Of a stretch of DNA of 64,000 nucleotides, positions 38,951-49,411 are shown piece after piece. The notes beneath the pieces are model-generated. The model was not told where the DNA came from. It did no database searches and was given only the letters and a program-made list of their open reading frames with translations. Position 1 is the first letter of the stretch. Each line of letters starts with the position of its first letter. Source of the stretch: an uncultured Chloroflexia bacterium (GTDB lineage: Bacteria; Chloroflexota; Dehalococcoidia; UBA2979). Position numbers and translations under genes: made by a program. Where the stretch lies: positions 544,001-608,000 of the forward strand of contig CAVSIV010000001.1 in assembly GCA_963728205.1 (NCBI GenBank), in the 5' to 3' direction.

Positions 38951-39448
38951 GTGTTTGAGACAGCGAGCGAACTGGCGGCGCTCCAGGCGCTGCTCGACCG
39001 AAGCTTCGGCGCGAGCGGCGAGCACATGCGCGGAATCGTCACGGCCGAGCGTCGGCTGACGGCGGTGCAGGTCGCGAACTACCTTCAGGGCGTGAAGCAC
39101 GTGTCGTTCGGCACGGTGAGCAGCAACTGTGAGCCGTTCGTCTCGCCGCTCGACGGCTGGTTCCTGCACGGCCAGTTCATCGTGAGCACCGCAGCGAAGG
39201 CCGTTCGGGCGAGGCACGTGCGGCGAAAGCCGGCCGTGAGTCTCGCCCACGTCGTCGGCGACGACATCGGCATCTGGGTGCACGGAAGGGCACGGATCGC
39301 CGGGAGAGGTGATCCGCTCGTCGACGAATACGACCGCGTCGCGACAGAAACGTACGGGAGCAGCCCGTTCGGCTGGGGCGACGTCGTGGTCATGCCGATC
39401 GAACCGCGGGTGATGTTCGCCTACGCGCCCGATCCCGCGAAGTACTGA
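38951..39448 (+). CDS. Pyridoxamine 5'-phosphate oxidase-like (split barrel) protein
   Basis: GTG after GGAG. FGTVSSNCEPFVSPLDG...KAVRARHVRRKPAVSL. Confidence 0.8.
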   Translation: MFETASELAALQALLDRSFGASGEHMRGIVTAERRLTAVQVANYLQGVKHVSFGTVSSNCEPFVSPLDGWFLHGQFIVSTAAKAVRARHVRRKPAVSLAHVVGDDIGIWVHGRARIAGRGDPLVDEYDRVATETYGSSPFGWGDVVVMPIEPRVMFAYAPDPAKY

Positions 39449-39667
39449 GCGATTGCATCGTGAGGGATTGCCGGGAAGGTGGGGACGCGCGGATCTCCTC
39501 CGCGCGGAAGATCCAGGGCGCCCCACGATCTCGCAGTAGTGTCCCCGACGCCGAAGGCGACGAGGGGCTCGGCCCTGCCGTCGGTCCCAGTGCTTAGACT
39601 CTGACCGGCCTGAAATGCAGCCGTTCACGACCCATCCGACGGACTTCGCCCACGAAGGGACCGCCCA

Positions 39668-40309
39668 TTGGCTGTACGCGTCGATCTGAACATCTCGCTC
39701 GACGGTTTCGCGACGACGACCGATCAGACGCCAGAGGACCCGTTCGGGCGGGACTGGCAGCGTCTCGTCCACGCCTACGTCGCGACCCGTACGTTCCGAA
39801 CTCGCGTCCTGCACGATACTTCTGGCGAAGGTACGACGGGTGTCGACGACGAGTACGCGCAGGCGTACTTCGCCGACCTCGGAGCGGAGATCATGGGTGC
39901 CGGCATGTTCGGGCTGCACAACTACCCGGACGACCCCGACTGGCGCGGTTGGTGGGGAGACGAGCCGCCGTTCCGGGTACCGGTCTTCGTGCTCACTCAC
40001 ACCCCGCGCAAGTCCATCGAAATGGCCGGTGGAACGACATTCCACTTTCTCTCCGCGACCCCCGCCGAAGCGCTCGATCACGCGCTCCGCGCCGCAAACG
40101 GCAAGGACGTCCGGATCGGCGGGGGCCCGACCGTAGTCCGCGAGTTCCTGAAGGCCGGTCTTGTCGACCAACTCCACGTCGCGATCGCGCCGATCGTGCT
40201 GGCGCGCGGCATCCGCCTCTGGGACGACCTGCGGGGGCTCGAGTCCGGATTCGCGGTGAAGGCGGAAACGGCGCCGAGCGGGACGATTCATCTCACGTTC
40301 CGCCGCTGA
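39668..40309 (+). CDS. Dihydrofolate reductase family (RibD C-terminal) protein
   Basis: ISLDGF, GAEIMGAGMF, WWGDEPPFRVPVFVLTH, DVRIGGG and AGLVDQLH. Confidence 0.9.
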   Translation: MAVRVDLNISLDGFATTTDQTPEDPFGRDWQRLVHAYVATRTFRTRVLHDTSGEGTTGVDDEYAQAYFADLGAEIMGAGMFGLHNYPDDPDWRGWWGDEPPFRVPVFVLTHTPRKSIEMAGGTTFHFLSATPAEALDHALRAANGKDVRIGGGPTVVREFLKAGLVDQLHVAIAPIVLARGIRLWDDLRGLESGFAVKAETAPSGTIHLTFRR

Positions 40310-40452
40310 GGGCGCGGACACGGCCCGAAGCCGGGAGGAAGAGGCCGCCATGCCGGGAATCCTCCAGCGAACGGGAGCCCGTTGCAGGCCGCTAGCGGTA
40401 CGATTCCCGCCGTCGCTTGGGCGCGCACGGTTCCGCGCTGATGAGAGGGGCC

Positions 40453-41307
40453 CTAGGGTCGGTTCGCCCGTTCGATCGGGAAGCCGACGATCGAGCCCCA
40501 CTCCGTCCACGAGCCGTCGTAAACGCGAACGTTCGACCAGCCGAGGAGGCGACTCGCGGCGAACCAGCCAAGCGACGCTCGATGCGAGAGACGACAGTAG
40601 GTCACCACGTCCAGCTCGGGGGTCGCACCGACCGAACGTAGCTGCCCCTCAATCGCATCGGCATCGAGGAACACCCCTTCCTCGTCGAGCAGGTGCTCGA
40701 AGTACAGGTGCCGGGCGCCCGGAATCCTCCCGGCTCGCTCCGCGCCGTGGTCGACCGCGTACGAGGAAGGCGAGACGCGAGCGCCCTCCCATTCCTCGTC
40801 CGTGCGCATGTCGATCAGGACGCGCGCGGGATCGTCCAGGTGTGCTCGCACGTCGTCGCGTCCGACCTCCGCTGCAATGCCCGCGGGGCCCGGCGTGACT
40901 TGCGCTGCCACCGGTGGGCCACTGGGTTCGCGGGTTACGGCGAACCCTTGCGACAGCCAGCGCGCGCGCCCACCGTCAAGGACACTCGCGACGTGATCTA
41001 GGCCGGTCAGTGCGAGCACCCAGTAGGCGTACGTAGCGAATTGAATTGGGTCTCCCACCAGGACGACGTGTGAACGGTCGGAGATCCCGAGCTCACCGAG
41101 TCGGCGCGCCATCTCTTCGGCCGCCGGGAATGCTCGGTCACGCTCGTCCCAGCAGAGTGCCTTCCACCACGCGAAGCGCGCACCTCGAATGTGTCCTTCG
41201 CGAAAGTACCGGGCTTGGGGCTCGGGCTCTGACGACACCTCGACGACAACCAGGTCGGGGTCGTCCAGACGATCGTTTAGCCACTCGGCCGTCACCAGTG
41301 GGTGCAT
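40453..41307 (-). CDS. Two-domain rhodanese sulfurtransferase
   Basis: LVTAEWL, GHIRGA, GRIPGA, YCRLSHRAS active loop and VRVYDGSWTEW. Confidence 0.92.
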   Translation of the reverse strand: MHPLVTAEWLNDRLDDPDLVVVEVSSEPEPQARYFREGHIRGARFAWWKALCWDERDRAFPAAEEMARRLGELGISDRSHVVLVGDPIQFATYAYWVLALTGLDHVASVLDGGRARWLSQGFAVTREPSGPPVAAQVTPGPAGIAAEVGRDDVRAHLDDPARVLIDMRTDEEWEGARVSPSSYAVDHGAERAGRIPGARHLYFEHLLDEEGVFLDADAIEGQLRSVGATPELDVVTYCRLSHRASLGWFAASRLLGWSNVRVYDGSWTEWGSIVGFPIERANRP

Positions 41308-42007
41308 TTGCTGTACTCCTCGCCAGCACCGCGCCTGATCCGCGGGCGGCGGCGACGTGCCTGTGCCGCCTGGCACGGCGGCTCCCGGGTTCATCGTTGC
41401 CGATGCGACGCGAGCGATCGTAGGACCGGGTGCGCCGAGCGTGAACTTCACGATCGCGCGATCGTCGCGGCGACCGCTCGCCCCGCGTCCATCGGCGGCG
41501 CCGTGCTCCATCGGCTCGCAGCTGCCGGGCCGCGCGGTCGGCGAGCCGGCTCCGGTCGTCGCCGTCGGATCGCGCTCGGTCGCTCGTGGGCGCGTGAGTC
41601 CTCGCATGCGATCGCAGGCACTCGTTTGTCCTCGGCGTCCTCGCCCGACCTATCTGCAGGCTTCGACGCCGCTCGGCGAGGCGCCGCCGACGCGAACGGC
41701 GTCGAAGCAGGTACCAGGCGACTCCACGTCGCAGTCAAAGGAGGCCGCCCCGCAGCCAGGCGGCCGGCCGCGTAACCCACGGCGTCCGCGGCGAGGGCGG
41801 TCCGGACCGTCGCACGGTCGACGCGCGGGGTTGTGCCCTCGCCGCGAACGCGCGGCAGTCGGCACGATGCCGTCGTCGTTCCCCACGGCGCAGGCCCCAA
41901 GCACAGGGACGGCCGCGGGCATCGGACTCGGACGAACGTCCGAGGCGACGTGGCGGCGTGGGCGGGTAGCATCGGCGCTGACATGGCGCGACGTGAGGAG
42001 GACCGAT

Positions 42008-43462
42008 ATGACGGGGGAAGGGGCGGGCGAGCGACGTGCGCTGGTGATCGGCGGCAGCATGGGCGGCCTCCTTGCCGCGCGCGCACTGTCCGATCACTTC
42101 GGCTACGTCGGCATCGTCGAACGCGATGCGTTTCCGCAAATCGGGGAGAATCGCCGCGGCGTGCCGCAGGGGCATCACACGCACGGCCTGCTCTCGCGGG
42201 GCGCGGCAATCCTCGAGCAGATGCTGCCGGGACTGAGCGACGAGGTCGTCGCGGACGGCGGCCTGCGCGGCGACCCGGGCCTGCGTGGGCGATGGGTGGT
42301 CGACGGGCGCCCCATACGCCGGGTCGTGACCGGTCGCGAAGGGCTGCTCGTCAGCCGCCCGCGGCTCGAGGGGCACGTGCGGCGCCGTGTGCTCGAGCTG
42401 CCGTCGGTCGAGGCGCTGACGGGTTGCGCCGCGCGAGGGCTCGCGATGTCGGACGACGGTCGGCGCGTGGTCGGGCTGCGCGTGCAGCGCGAGGGCGCGG
42501 TGGAGGAAGTCGTGCCCGCCGACCTGGTCGTCGACGCGACCGGACGGGGGTCGCAGAGCCCGCGCTGGCTGGAGGCAGTCGGCTTCCCGCCTCCCGGCGA
42601 GGAGCGGGTCGAGGTCGACATCCGGTACATGACGCGCCTCTACCGTCGTCGTCCCGAACACCTCGTCGGCGATCGCTTCGTCCTGCTCGCCGCGACGCCG
42701 CCGAGCGGCCGCGCGGGATTCGTGACCGCGATCGAGGGGATGCGGTGGATGGTCACGCTGCAGACCTACCTCGGCGAGCGGCTGCCCAGCGACGACGCGG
42801 GGTTCCGCGCGTTCGCGGCCTCGCTGCCGGCGCCGGACATCGCTGCAGTCCTAGACGACGCGGAGCCGTGCAGCGACGCGGTGGCATACCACTACCCGGC
42901 GAGTCAGCGCCGGCGCTACGACCGGCTGCGCCGGTTTCCGGAGGGCTATCTCGTGTTCGGTGACGCGGTCTGCAGCTTCAATCCTGTGTACGGGCAGGGG
43001 ATGAGCATGGCCGCCATCGAAGCCGCAGCGCTCGACGACTGTCTCCGCCGTGGTGCGCGCGACACCCTGGCCCACCGCTTCTTCCAGGCGATTGCGCGGC
43101 CGATTGAGTCCGCGTGGCGGGCGTCGGCCGAGAGCGATCTGCGGTTTCCCGCCGTGACTGGCCGCCGGCCGCTGCGCGTCCGCCTCGCAAATCGCTACGC
43201 AGATCGTCTGGCACGCGTCGCAGAGCGTGACCACGCAGTGGCGGCCGCGGTGCTCGCGCTCATCAACCTCGAAGCCGGCCCCGAGGCGGTGATGCGCCCG
43301 ACGATTCTGTGGCGCGCGCTCTTCGGCGCCTCGCGGGGTGCCCCCGCCGTGGACGAGACGCGAGAAGGCGCGTGGATGGCGGTGCGCGACGTGCTCGGCG
43401 ATGTGGAGCGTCAGTCGTCCGAAGCTGAGCCGGGGGCTGACACCCGCGCGGCGGCCGGGTAG
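42008..43462 (+). CDS. FAD-dependent monooxygenase/oxidoreductase
   Basis: ATG after GAGGAGGA. VIGGSMGGLLAA, GVPQGHH, ADLVVDATGRGS and GDAVCSFNPVYGQGMS. Confidence 0.9.
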   Translation: MTGEGAGERRALVIGGSMGGLLAARALSDHFGYVGIVERDAFPQIGENRRGVPQGHHTHGLLSRGAAILEQMLPGLSDEVVADGGLRGDPGLRGRWVVDGRPIRRVVTGREGLLVSRPRLEGHVRRRVLELPSVEALTGCAARGLAMSDDGRRVVGLRVQREGAVEEVVPADLVVDATGRGSQSPRWLEAVGFPPPGEERVEVDIRYMTRLYRRRPEHLVGDRFVLLAATPPSGRAGFVTAIEGMRWMVTLQTYLGERLPSDDAGFRAFAASLPAPDIAAVLDDAEPCSDAVAYHYPASQRRRYDRLRRFPEGYLVFGDAVCSFNPVYGQGMSMAAIEAAALDDCLRRGARDTLAHRFFQAIARPIESAWRASAESDLRFPAVTGRRPLRVRLANRYADRLARVAERDHAVAAAVLALINLEAGPEAVMRPTILWRALFGASRGAPAVDETREGAWMAVRDVLGDVERQSSEAEPGADTRAAAG

Positions 43463-43757
43463 CGCGGCGCGCAACCCGCTGGGCTCCCTCGGTCGTGTTC
43501 CGGAAGCTCTCGTGCATCACGCTTTCCCGTGCACGAGCAGTCAGTGGCGCGCAGGATGGCGGGGCCGTCGCGTCGCGGCCGCGTAGCTCGCAAGCCGACT
43601 GAGGGGTGTCCGGCGTCGCGAGCTTCATCGCGTTCGGTGCGGGCTTCGCCTTGGCTGCGGCCCGTGGCTTGGCGCCCGCCTTCCCCGTGCGCTTGGTCGG
43701 CGCTGTCGGCGCCTCGCCGGGCGGGTCCGCGGCTTACGAGCGCGAGGACTGCTCTGG

Positions 43758-44129
43758 TCAGGGCGCGGCGTGCTGCCAGACGCCGAGCACGTTCCCTGCG
43801 GGGTCGCGGAAGTGCGCGATCCACAGGTCGCCCTCGGCGCGAGGCTCCTCGAGTTGCTCACCGCCTTCGTCGACGATCGCTCTCAGAGCCGCATCAATGC
43901 GATCGACGTAGATGAAAGCCGTCACGCCGCCTCGATCGGCTGCGGGTCGGTCGCTCACCCATCCGCCAATCAGGTCCCCGGACGCGTCATCGAAGCTCCA
44001 GCGATCACCCTCTCCTCGGATGCTCCAGCCGAAGACTCGCTGGTAGAACGCGGCCGACCGCGCAACGTCAGTCGCGGGGATCTCGAGATAGGAGACCTTG
44101 CCGTGGCGCTGAAGGGGATTGTCGTTCAT
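43758..44129 (-). CDS. VOC/glyoxalase family protein
   Basis: YLEIPATDVARSAAFYQRVFGW and FRDPAGNVLGVWQ. Confidence 0.9.
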   Translation of the reverse strand: MNDNPLQRHGKVSYLEIPATDVARSAAFYQRVFGWSIRGEGDRWSFDDASGDLIGGWVSDRPAADRGGVTAFIYVDRIDAALRAIVDEGGEQLEEPRAEGDLWIAHFRDPAGNVLGVWQHAAP

Positions 44130-44453
44130 GGCGCGGGTCGATCTTGATTCGGTCATCGGGGCAGGCCATCCGGTCATGCGGGAGCCAGCGGATGCTAGCA
44201 CCACGCCGACACGATGCCGTCATCGTGTGCCAGCGCTCGCGTGCCAGCGTTCGCGTGCCGGCGTGACGATCGCGCCCGTGATCCGATGCGGGTGTGCCCC
44301 GCGCCGCGAGTGTTCAGCTCCGCGTCCGCGGCTCCCCGCGGCGTAAGGCACCTGCGACACCGCGATACCTGGGAGAGCAGTGCGCAGAGGCGCAAGAAGG
44401 TCTGAGCCTGCCGCACCGTCCGAGTCCGCTCGGCGGTTGGTTCGGCCGGATCA

Positions 44454-44900
44454 TCACGTCCCCCGGTTCGTGGGAAAGCGGGGTGGATGGGGCTCACTTG
44501 CCTTTTCGCCAGCGGGCGTTCCATGTCTAGCGACTTGCCCCAGCCCCTTCCCGAGAAGGGCGGTGACCCAGGCGACTGGGACGATGAACAACAGTGATTC
44601 GACGAGGACCACGGCGAGCGGTTGCCTCGACGGAAAGAACCGGGTTTCCGCCACGATCTGCGGGAGCAGCGAAGCGACCCAGGTTTCGAGGGCGAGCAGC
44701 CAACAGTGTCGGGGCTGACGCACAGCTGCGATCCCGGCGACGACAAGCGGCGGCACTACAAGACCCAGGAGGGCGAGCGTAGTCCGCGAACCAAAGGTGC
44801 CGAAGGCCACCGGGATCTGTGCGAGTGCCAAGATCACCAAGAAAGGGACTTCCGCGAGCATGTGTGATATCGGGGAGGGCAGCCGCTCGCGGGATCGCAT
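44454..44900 (-). CDS. Hypothetical membrane protein
   Basis: GGAGGAG RBS before the ATG and about four hydrophobic segments. Confidence 0.55.
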   Translation of the reverse strand: MRSRERLPSPISHMLAEVPFLVILALAQIPVAFGTFGSRTTLALLGLVVPPLVVAGIAAVRQPRHCWLLALETWVASLLPQIVAETRFFPSRQPLAVVLVESLLFIVPVAWVTALLGKGLGQVARHGTPAGEKASEPHPPRFPTNRGT

Positions 44901-45095
44901 GTGCTCCTCCGGCCCCGCGCGTGCAGGGTCGTCCTGTTTCTGTCAGGCTCACGGGCCCTTCGGTCAGGCCGGAATGATGCTCTCGCTACACCATGCCATC
45001 GCCGGCACCTTGCTCAGGCGGGCGTCACCATGAAGGAACCAAGCAGCCGTCGCGATGGGAGGCCGCAACCCACGGGACCGATTCCGACGCCGTCG

Positions 45096-45815
45096 TTAAC
45101 CAACCGGCGCTGCCCGCCCGATTCTTCTCCGCAGCAGCACGATCGCCAGCGCCGCCATCCACAGCAGCCACGCACCGTAGGAGACGCGCTCGACAGCACC
45201 CATCCACGGAGTCGCCTCCCCGGCCGCCACGGCGGACGTCGTTGTCGCCACGTACGCTCCGGCTGCGAGGGTGGTGATGGCCATCGCGATCGAGAAGTAT
45301 CGGAAGCGCACGCCGAGAGCAGTGGCGCTCGCGCCGATCTCGGTAATGATGAAGAGGACCGCCACCATACCGAGCACCATGTGCCCTACATCGTTGGCAC
45401 CACCGGCGCCCTCCGCTAGTTCCTCGCGCGACGTCATCGGGAACAGAAGCCACAGGGGGAACATGATCGCCTGCGCGACGAGAATGCCGCCCGCCAGGCG
45501 CAGCGCGCGGCGCGCGCCTGCGACCCGCCACACGCCGATCCCGAAGCCGAGCACGAGCAACGTGAAGACGGGCATCATCGCGGTCAGGAACGCCCTCGAC
45601 GGAGCACCGGTCCCCGACAGTTCGCTGATTGCCTGATCGGCGCGGCTGTAGCCGTCGTACACGGAGGCCGCGATTACGTCGTTGGCAATGATGTAGCCGA
45701 CGCCGTATCCGATCCCGCAAGCGAGCAGAACGGTGTTGATCACGCCTGTCGTGCTTCGCGGTGAAGGCTTGCCGCCTGGCGCGCGCAGCGCTGGCCGCCG
45801 CACTGACATTGACAT
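45096..45815 (-). CDS. DUF998-like membrane protein
   Basis: GYSRADQAISELSGTGAP, several TM helices, a conserved His and GAVERV. Confidence 0.8.
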   Translation of the reverse strand: MSMSVRRPALRAPGGKPSPRSTTGVINTVLLACGIGYGVGYIIANDVIAASVYDGYSRADQAISELSGTGAPSRAFLTAMMPVFTLLVLGFGIGVWRVAGARRALRLAGGILVAQAIMFPLWLLFPMTSREELAEGAGGANDVGHMVLGMVAVLFIITEIGASATALGVRFRYFSIAMAITTLAAGAYVATTTSAVAAGEATPWMGAVERVSYGAWLLWMAALAIVLLRRRIGRAAPVG

Positions 45816-45954
45816 GATCGCGCACTCCGAGTGCACACTCGTTCCGATTGGAGCCCGCAGCTTCGCTCGGGCAAGCGAGCGTCCGTCAGAGTCGTTCGTC
45901 CTCCGATTTCGAGGACACGCGGTGCCGGTCGGGCCGTTGCGCGTCCGGACAGCA

Positions 45955-46120
45955 GCACTTTCATCCGATAGCCGCCCGAAGGGCTCTGGTAGATCAGCAC
46001 GTTCGGGCCAAACCAGGTCCACAACCCGCTCCGGGACTCCGTCTGTTCCCAGACCTGCCCGTTACACAGCGAGTGGATGTTCCAGGCGTTCAGGCCGGTG
46101 AACTGTCCGCTGATGCATTT
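45955..46120 (-). pseudogene. Remnant of a small beta domain (I-x-G-x-F-x-G...L-x-NGQVW-x-Q type)
   Basis: CISGQFTGLNAWNIHSLCNGQVWEQT...PNVLIYQSPSGGYRMKV reads like a recurring hypothetical domain but has no clean start or stop. Confidence 0.4.
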
Positions 46121-46133
46121 CGGCCCCGCTCCC

Positions 46134-46742
46134 TCATGGAGTCGCGGTGATCGCCAAGGGCAACGCGATGGCCCGTGCGGGATCATCCCCGACCAGCAAG
46201 GTTGCTTGGGCGGCGTTCGCCGCTAGCGCGAAGTCCACTTCGCCCGTCTTCGTAGTTCCACCGTCCACGAGCTCATCGAGGAGGTTCGTTGGCGCACTCG
46301 TGTCAGTGCCGTCGCGCAATCGGAAGGTCGCGCTCCAGAAGTTCGCCGGGTAGCGGTTCTCGTTGGTCATGCGCACCGTCAAGGTGAGCCGCAGCTCGCC
46401 CGGATTTCCCGGACGGGCAACCGCCGACAGGATCGCGTAATGGGCATCGCCGACGATGGCGGTGCCGCCGCTCGGCAGGCTCACCTGATAGGCGGTGGCG
46501 CCGGCGGTCGTCGCGGTCCCCACTGCCGCGCCGGCGCCACCGGGTCCATCACTGCGACCCGGCGCCGTGGTCGCAACGAGCGCGCGTGGCGTGGGGGCCA
46601 CACTCGCCGTCGGCCGCAACTGCTGCATGGCGACAACGAATCCGGTGATCGCGGTGAGCAAGGCTGCGATCGCCGTCAGGATCCCCGGCAGCGTCTGCCA
46701 CCAGCTCCGGTCACCGCGGCCGCCGCTTCCGCTCTCCGTCAT
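46134..46742 (-). CDS. Membrane-anchored protein with an extracytoplasmic Ig-like (DUF4352-like) domain
   Basis: SWWQTLPGILTAIAALLTAITG anchor, low-complexity linker and LTVRMTNE...FRL...GTTKTGEVDF. Confidence 0.7.
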   Translation of the reverse strand: MTESGSGGRGDRSWWQTLPGILTAIAALLTAITGFVVAMQQLRPTASVAPTPRALVATTAPGRSDGPGGAGAAVGTATTAGATAYQVSLPSGGTAIVGDAHYAILSAVARPGNPGELRLTLTVRMTNENRYPANFWSATFRLRDGTDTSAPTNLLDELVDGGTTKTGEVDFALAANAAQATLLVGDDPARAIALPLAITATP

Positions 46743-46884
46743 CGCTCGACACTCCCCGGCTCCGGCCGACGCACCGGCTCGGCCCGCGCCCGATGCGACC
46801 GGACGGGAGTCTACGTCATGCCGATGAGGGACAAGGGGGCACGGCGTGCAAGCGGCTGGCTCGCGCCCACGCCGACGGCGCATT

Positions 46885-47170
46885 TGCTGATGTCGAGGAC
46901 GAGCAGCGCCTCTCCGAGATCGATGCCCAGCTCACGGTCCTGCGTCCCATCGAGCTGGACGCGGTACAGGCTGTCGCAGATCGTCTGAAGGACTTGCCGC
47001 GGCTCTGGCGGCTTGCCACCAATGCCGAGCGGCGGCACCTCGTACAACCGCTGCTCCGGCAGGTCTTGGTGGACCTGCACACCAGGCAAGTCACGGGTCT
47101 GGTGCCTCTGCCGGCGTTCCGCCTGCTTCTGGAAAAGGCGGTTGTCCGGCCGAGTCGGACCGCGGTGGAG
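46885..47170 (+). pseudogene. C-terminal remnant of a large serine recombinase
   Basis: RLSEIDAQL...LKDLPRLWRLATNAERRHLVQPLLRQVLVD is typical of the LSR C-terminal tail. The frame runs into the tRNA 3' end. Confidence 0.65.
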
Positions 47171-47174
47171 GTTT

Positions 47175-47250
47175 TGGTGGACCCGAGGGGGCTCGAACCC
47201 CTGACCTCCACACTGCCAGTGTGGCGCTCTCCCAGCTGAGCTACGGGCCC
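47175..47250 (-). tRNA. tRNA-Ala(GGC)
   Basis: GGGCCCGTAGCTCAGCTGGGAGAGCGCCACACTGGCAGTGTGGAGGTCAGGGGTTCGAGCCCCCTCGGGTCCACCA: 76-nt cloverleaf, anticodon GGC, G3:U70 pair, encoded CCA. Confidence 0.98.
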
Positions 47251-47436
47251 GCGGGAAGAACAGGTTAGCGGAGCGCCCCGGGTACGCGCGAGCCGTCACG
47301 CGCTCCCTCCCCGTCCGGATCGGCTGAGGCGACCAGAGCGGCGCGCGTGGCTCCGCTCCGGCCCCGTCCCGCTAGGATGCGCACGCGTGGCTGCTCTCCG
47401 AGCAGCCGGCACCGGCGGGCGGAGGAAGGGCCGGAG

Positions 47437-48936
47437 ATGCCCGGAGCGATGCTCGACTTCCCCGATGCCGACGACTACGCGCGCGTGCGCGACGTGTTTC
47501 GTGCCGCGGGATACACCGACGAGGCCGTCGCGACGACCCTCCGCGACGAGGAGCTCCCGGCGGGGATGCAGAAGCGCCTGCCGGTCCTGCTCGCTCGCAC
47601 GCGCGCCGGCACCCCCCTGCACACGCTGATTCGGCTCTTCGTCCTGGGCGCGGGCGCCAATCCCGAAGCCGTCGCGGCGGCGCTGGCCCCGATGACCCCG
47701 GCGCAGTGGGTCGAGCGCGGGTTGCTCGAAGCGCACGACGGCGAGCTTCGCGCCACCCTCCAGGTCCGCTGCTACCAGGACCTGCTCGTCGCGTGGGACT
47801 TCTCGCTCGAGACGCGAGGCGTGCTGCACCCGGATTATGTGATGGGGATCAGCGCCAGCACCCTCAGCCTCGCCGGGCTGACGGTGCGGCGCCCGGTCGA
47901 CTCGACGCTCGACCTCGGCACGGGCTCGGGCTTCCAGGCCTTCATGGCCGCACGGCACAGCCGGCGCGTCGTCGCGGTCGACAAGAACCCGCGCGCGGTG
48001 CAGGTCGCGCGCTTCAACGCACGCCTCAACGCGCTCGACCACGTCGAGTGCCGCGAAGGCGATCTCTTCGCGCCGGTCGTCGGGGAGCGCTTCGACCTGA
48101 TCGTGTCGAATCCGCCGTTCATCGTCTCGCCGGACAACGCGTACTTCTTCCTGCACGGCGGCATGAAGGGCGACGAGGTCTGCCAGCGGATCGCCCGCGA
48201 GGCCCCGGCGCTGCTGAACGCCGGCGGCTCCTGCCAGTTCCTCGCGAACTGGGCCGTCCTGCGCGGCGTGGACTGGGAGGAGCGGCTGCGGTCGTGGTTC
48301 GCGGACTCGGGCTGCGACGTCTGGGTGCTGCGACGCGGTGAGCAGACCGTGGACCGGTACGCGGCGACCTGGATCGAGACCGGCGAGCAGCGCGTCGCGT
48401 CCGATCGGTACGCGGGCGCCTTCCGCGAGTGGATGGAGTACTACGAGCGCGAGGGGATCGAAGCCGTCGGCGCCGGTGTGATCACGATGCGCCGCTCGTC
48501 CACTCGCGCCCCGTGGTTCCGGGTGACCGAGGGGCCGTCGGCGATGAGCTTCCCGTCGGGCGGGGACGTGGCGCAGCTGATGGACGCGCTCGGCGCGCTG
48601 GCGACGACCGACGACGACGCGCTGCTCGAGTGGCGGCCGGCGGTCTCGGACGCCGTGCGGCTCCGACGCGAGTATCGGATCGCGCCCGGCGGTGGATGGG
48701 AGCTCGAGGCGGGTCAGCTGCGGCGCATCCGTGGCTTGCAGTACGAGGGTGCGATCGACGCCTACGGCGCGGAGCTCGTCGGTCGGCTCGACGGGCGCCG
48801 CACGCTCCGGTCCGTGATCGACGAACTGGCGGCCGAGACCGGCGTCGAGACCTCGGCCGTCCGCGACGCGGCCATTCCAATCGTGCGGCACCTGGTCGAG
48901 CAGGGGTTCCTGCTCCCGGGCGCGCCCGGCCCCTAG
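47437..48936 (+). CDS. Class I SAM-dependent methyltransferase (HemK/MTS-like, NPPF motif)
   Basis: LDLGTGSG, EGDLFAPV and FDLIVSNPPF, with N- and C-terminal extensions. Confidence 0.9.
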   Translation: MPGAMLDFPDADDYARVRDVFRAAGYTDEAVATTLRDEELPAGMQKRLPVLLARTRAGTPLHTLIRLFVLGAGANPEAVAAALAPMTPAQWVERGLLEAHDGELRATLQVRCYQDLLVAWDFSLETRGVLHPDYVMGISASTLSLAGLTVRRPVDSTLDLGTGSGFQAFMAARHSRRVVAVDKNPRAVQVARFNARLNALDHVECREGDLFAPVVGERFDLIVSNPPFIVSPDNAYFFLHGGMKGDEVCQRIAREAPALLNAGGSCQFLANWAVLRGVDWEERLRSWFADSGCDVWVLRRGEQTVDRYAATWIETGEQRVASDRYAGAFREWMEYYEREGIEAVGAGVITMRRSSTRAPWFRVTEGPSAMSFPSGGDVAQLMDALGALATTDDDALLEWRPAVSDAVRLRREYRIAPGGGWELEAGQLRRIRGLQYEGAIDAYGAELVGRLDGRRTLRSVIDELAAETGVETSAVRDAAIPIVRHLVEQGFLLPGAPGP

Positions 48937-49409
48937 CGCTTGGTGTTCCCCCGCAGATCCCACCCGGCGGAGACGGGAGCGCCGTTGCCGCCCCTGGCGT
49001 CCTGCGGCCTGTACTCGTACTCGATCTTCGCAAAGTTCAGCGACACCGATTCCTCGGGGACGGATTCGGTCGCGCCGGCCTCGTTGTAGCTGGAGACGAC
49101 GACATCGGACAGGGTGATCTGCAGGTACTCCACCGGGATCTCGCCGGACCGGCGCACCGTGAGGACGGCATCCTTCAGGTGGCTGCCGCTCGCGCATGCC
49201 TCCATCAGGCGTGGGGACGCGACGCTCACCCGCGACGTGAAGGTGAAGTCCTGGAACGAGGGCCGTCCTGCGGCCGCTGCGCCGGCGCTGCGCGAGATTG
49301 CCTGCGAGAGCCCCCAGCTGAACGACTCGACCTCGATCTCGTCCTTGTGCTTGTCGTCCTGGCTCTCGCCCGAGATGCCGTCGAGCTTGAGGAACATGTC
49401 CGCGGCCAT
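48933..49409 (-). CDS. hcp: Type VI secretion tube protein Hcp (TssD), orphan
   Basis: MFLKLDGISGESQDDKHKDEIEVESFSWG, ASPRLMEACASG, EESVSLNFAKIEYEY and GWDL. Confidence 0.93.
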   Translation of the reverse strand: MAADMFLKLDGISGESQDDKHKDEIEVESFSWGLSQAISRSAGAAAAGRPSFQDFTFTSRVSVASPRLMEACASGSHLKDAVLTVRRSGEIPVEYLQITLSDVVVSSYNEAGATESVPEESVSLNFAKIEYEYRPQDARGGNGAPVSAGWDLRGNTKR

Positions 49410-49411
49410 GG

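Larger units (their letters stand above)
29051..47174. mobile_element. Decayed genomic island ending at the tRNA-Ala 3' end (left boundary uncertain)
   Basis: A recombinase remnant abuts the tRNA 3' end. The region has mixed gene orientation, many gene fragments and visibly more A/T third positions than the flanks. Confidence 0.5.
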
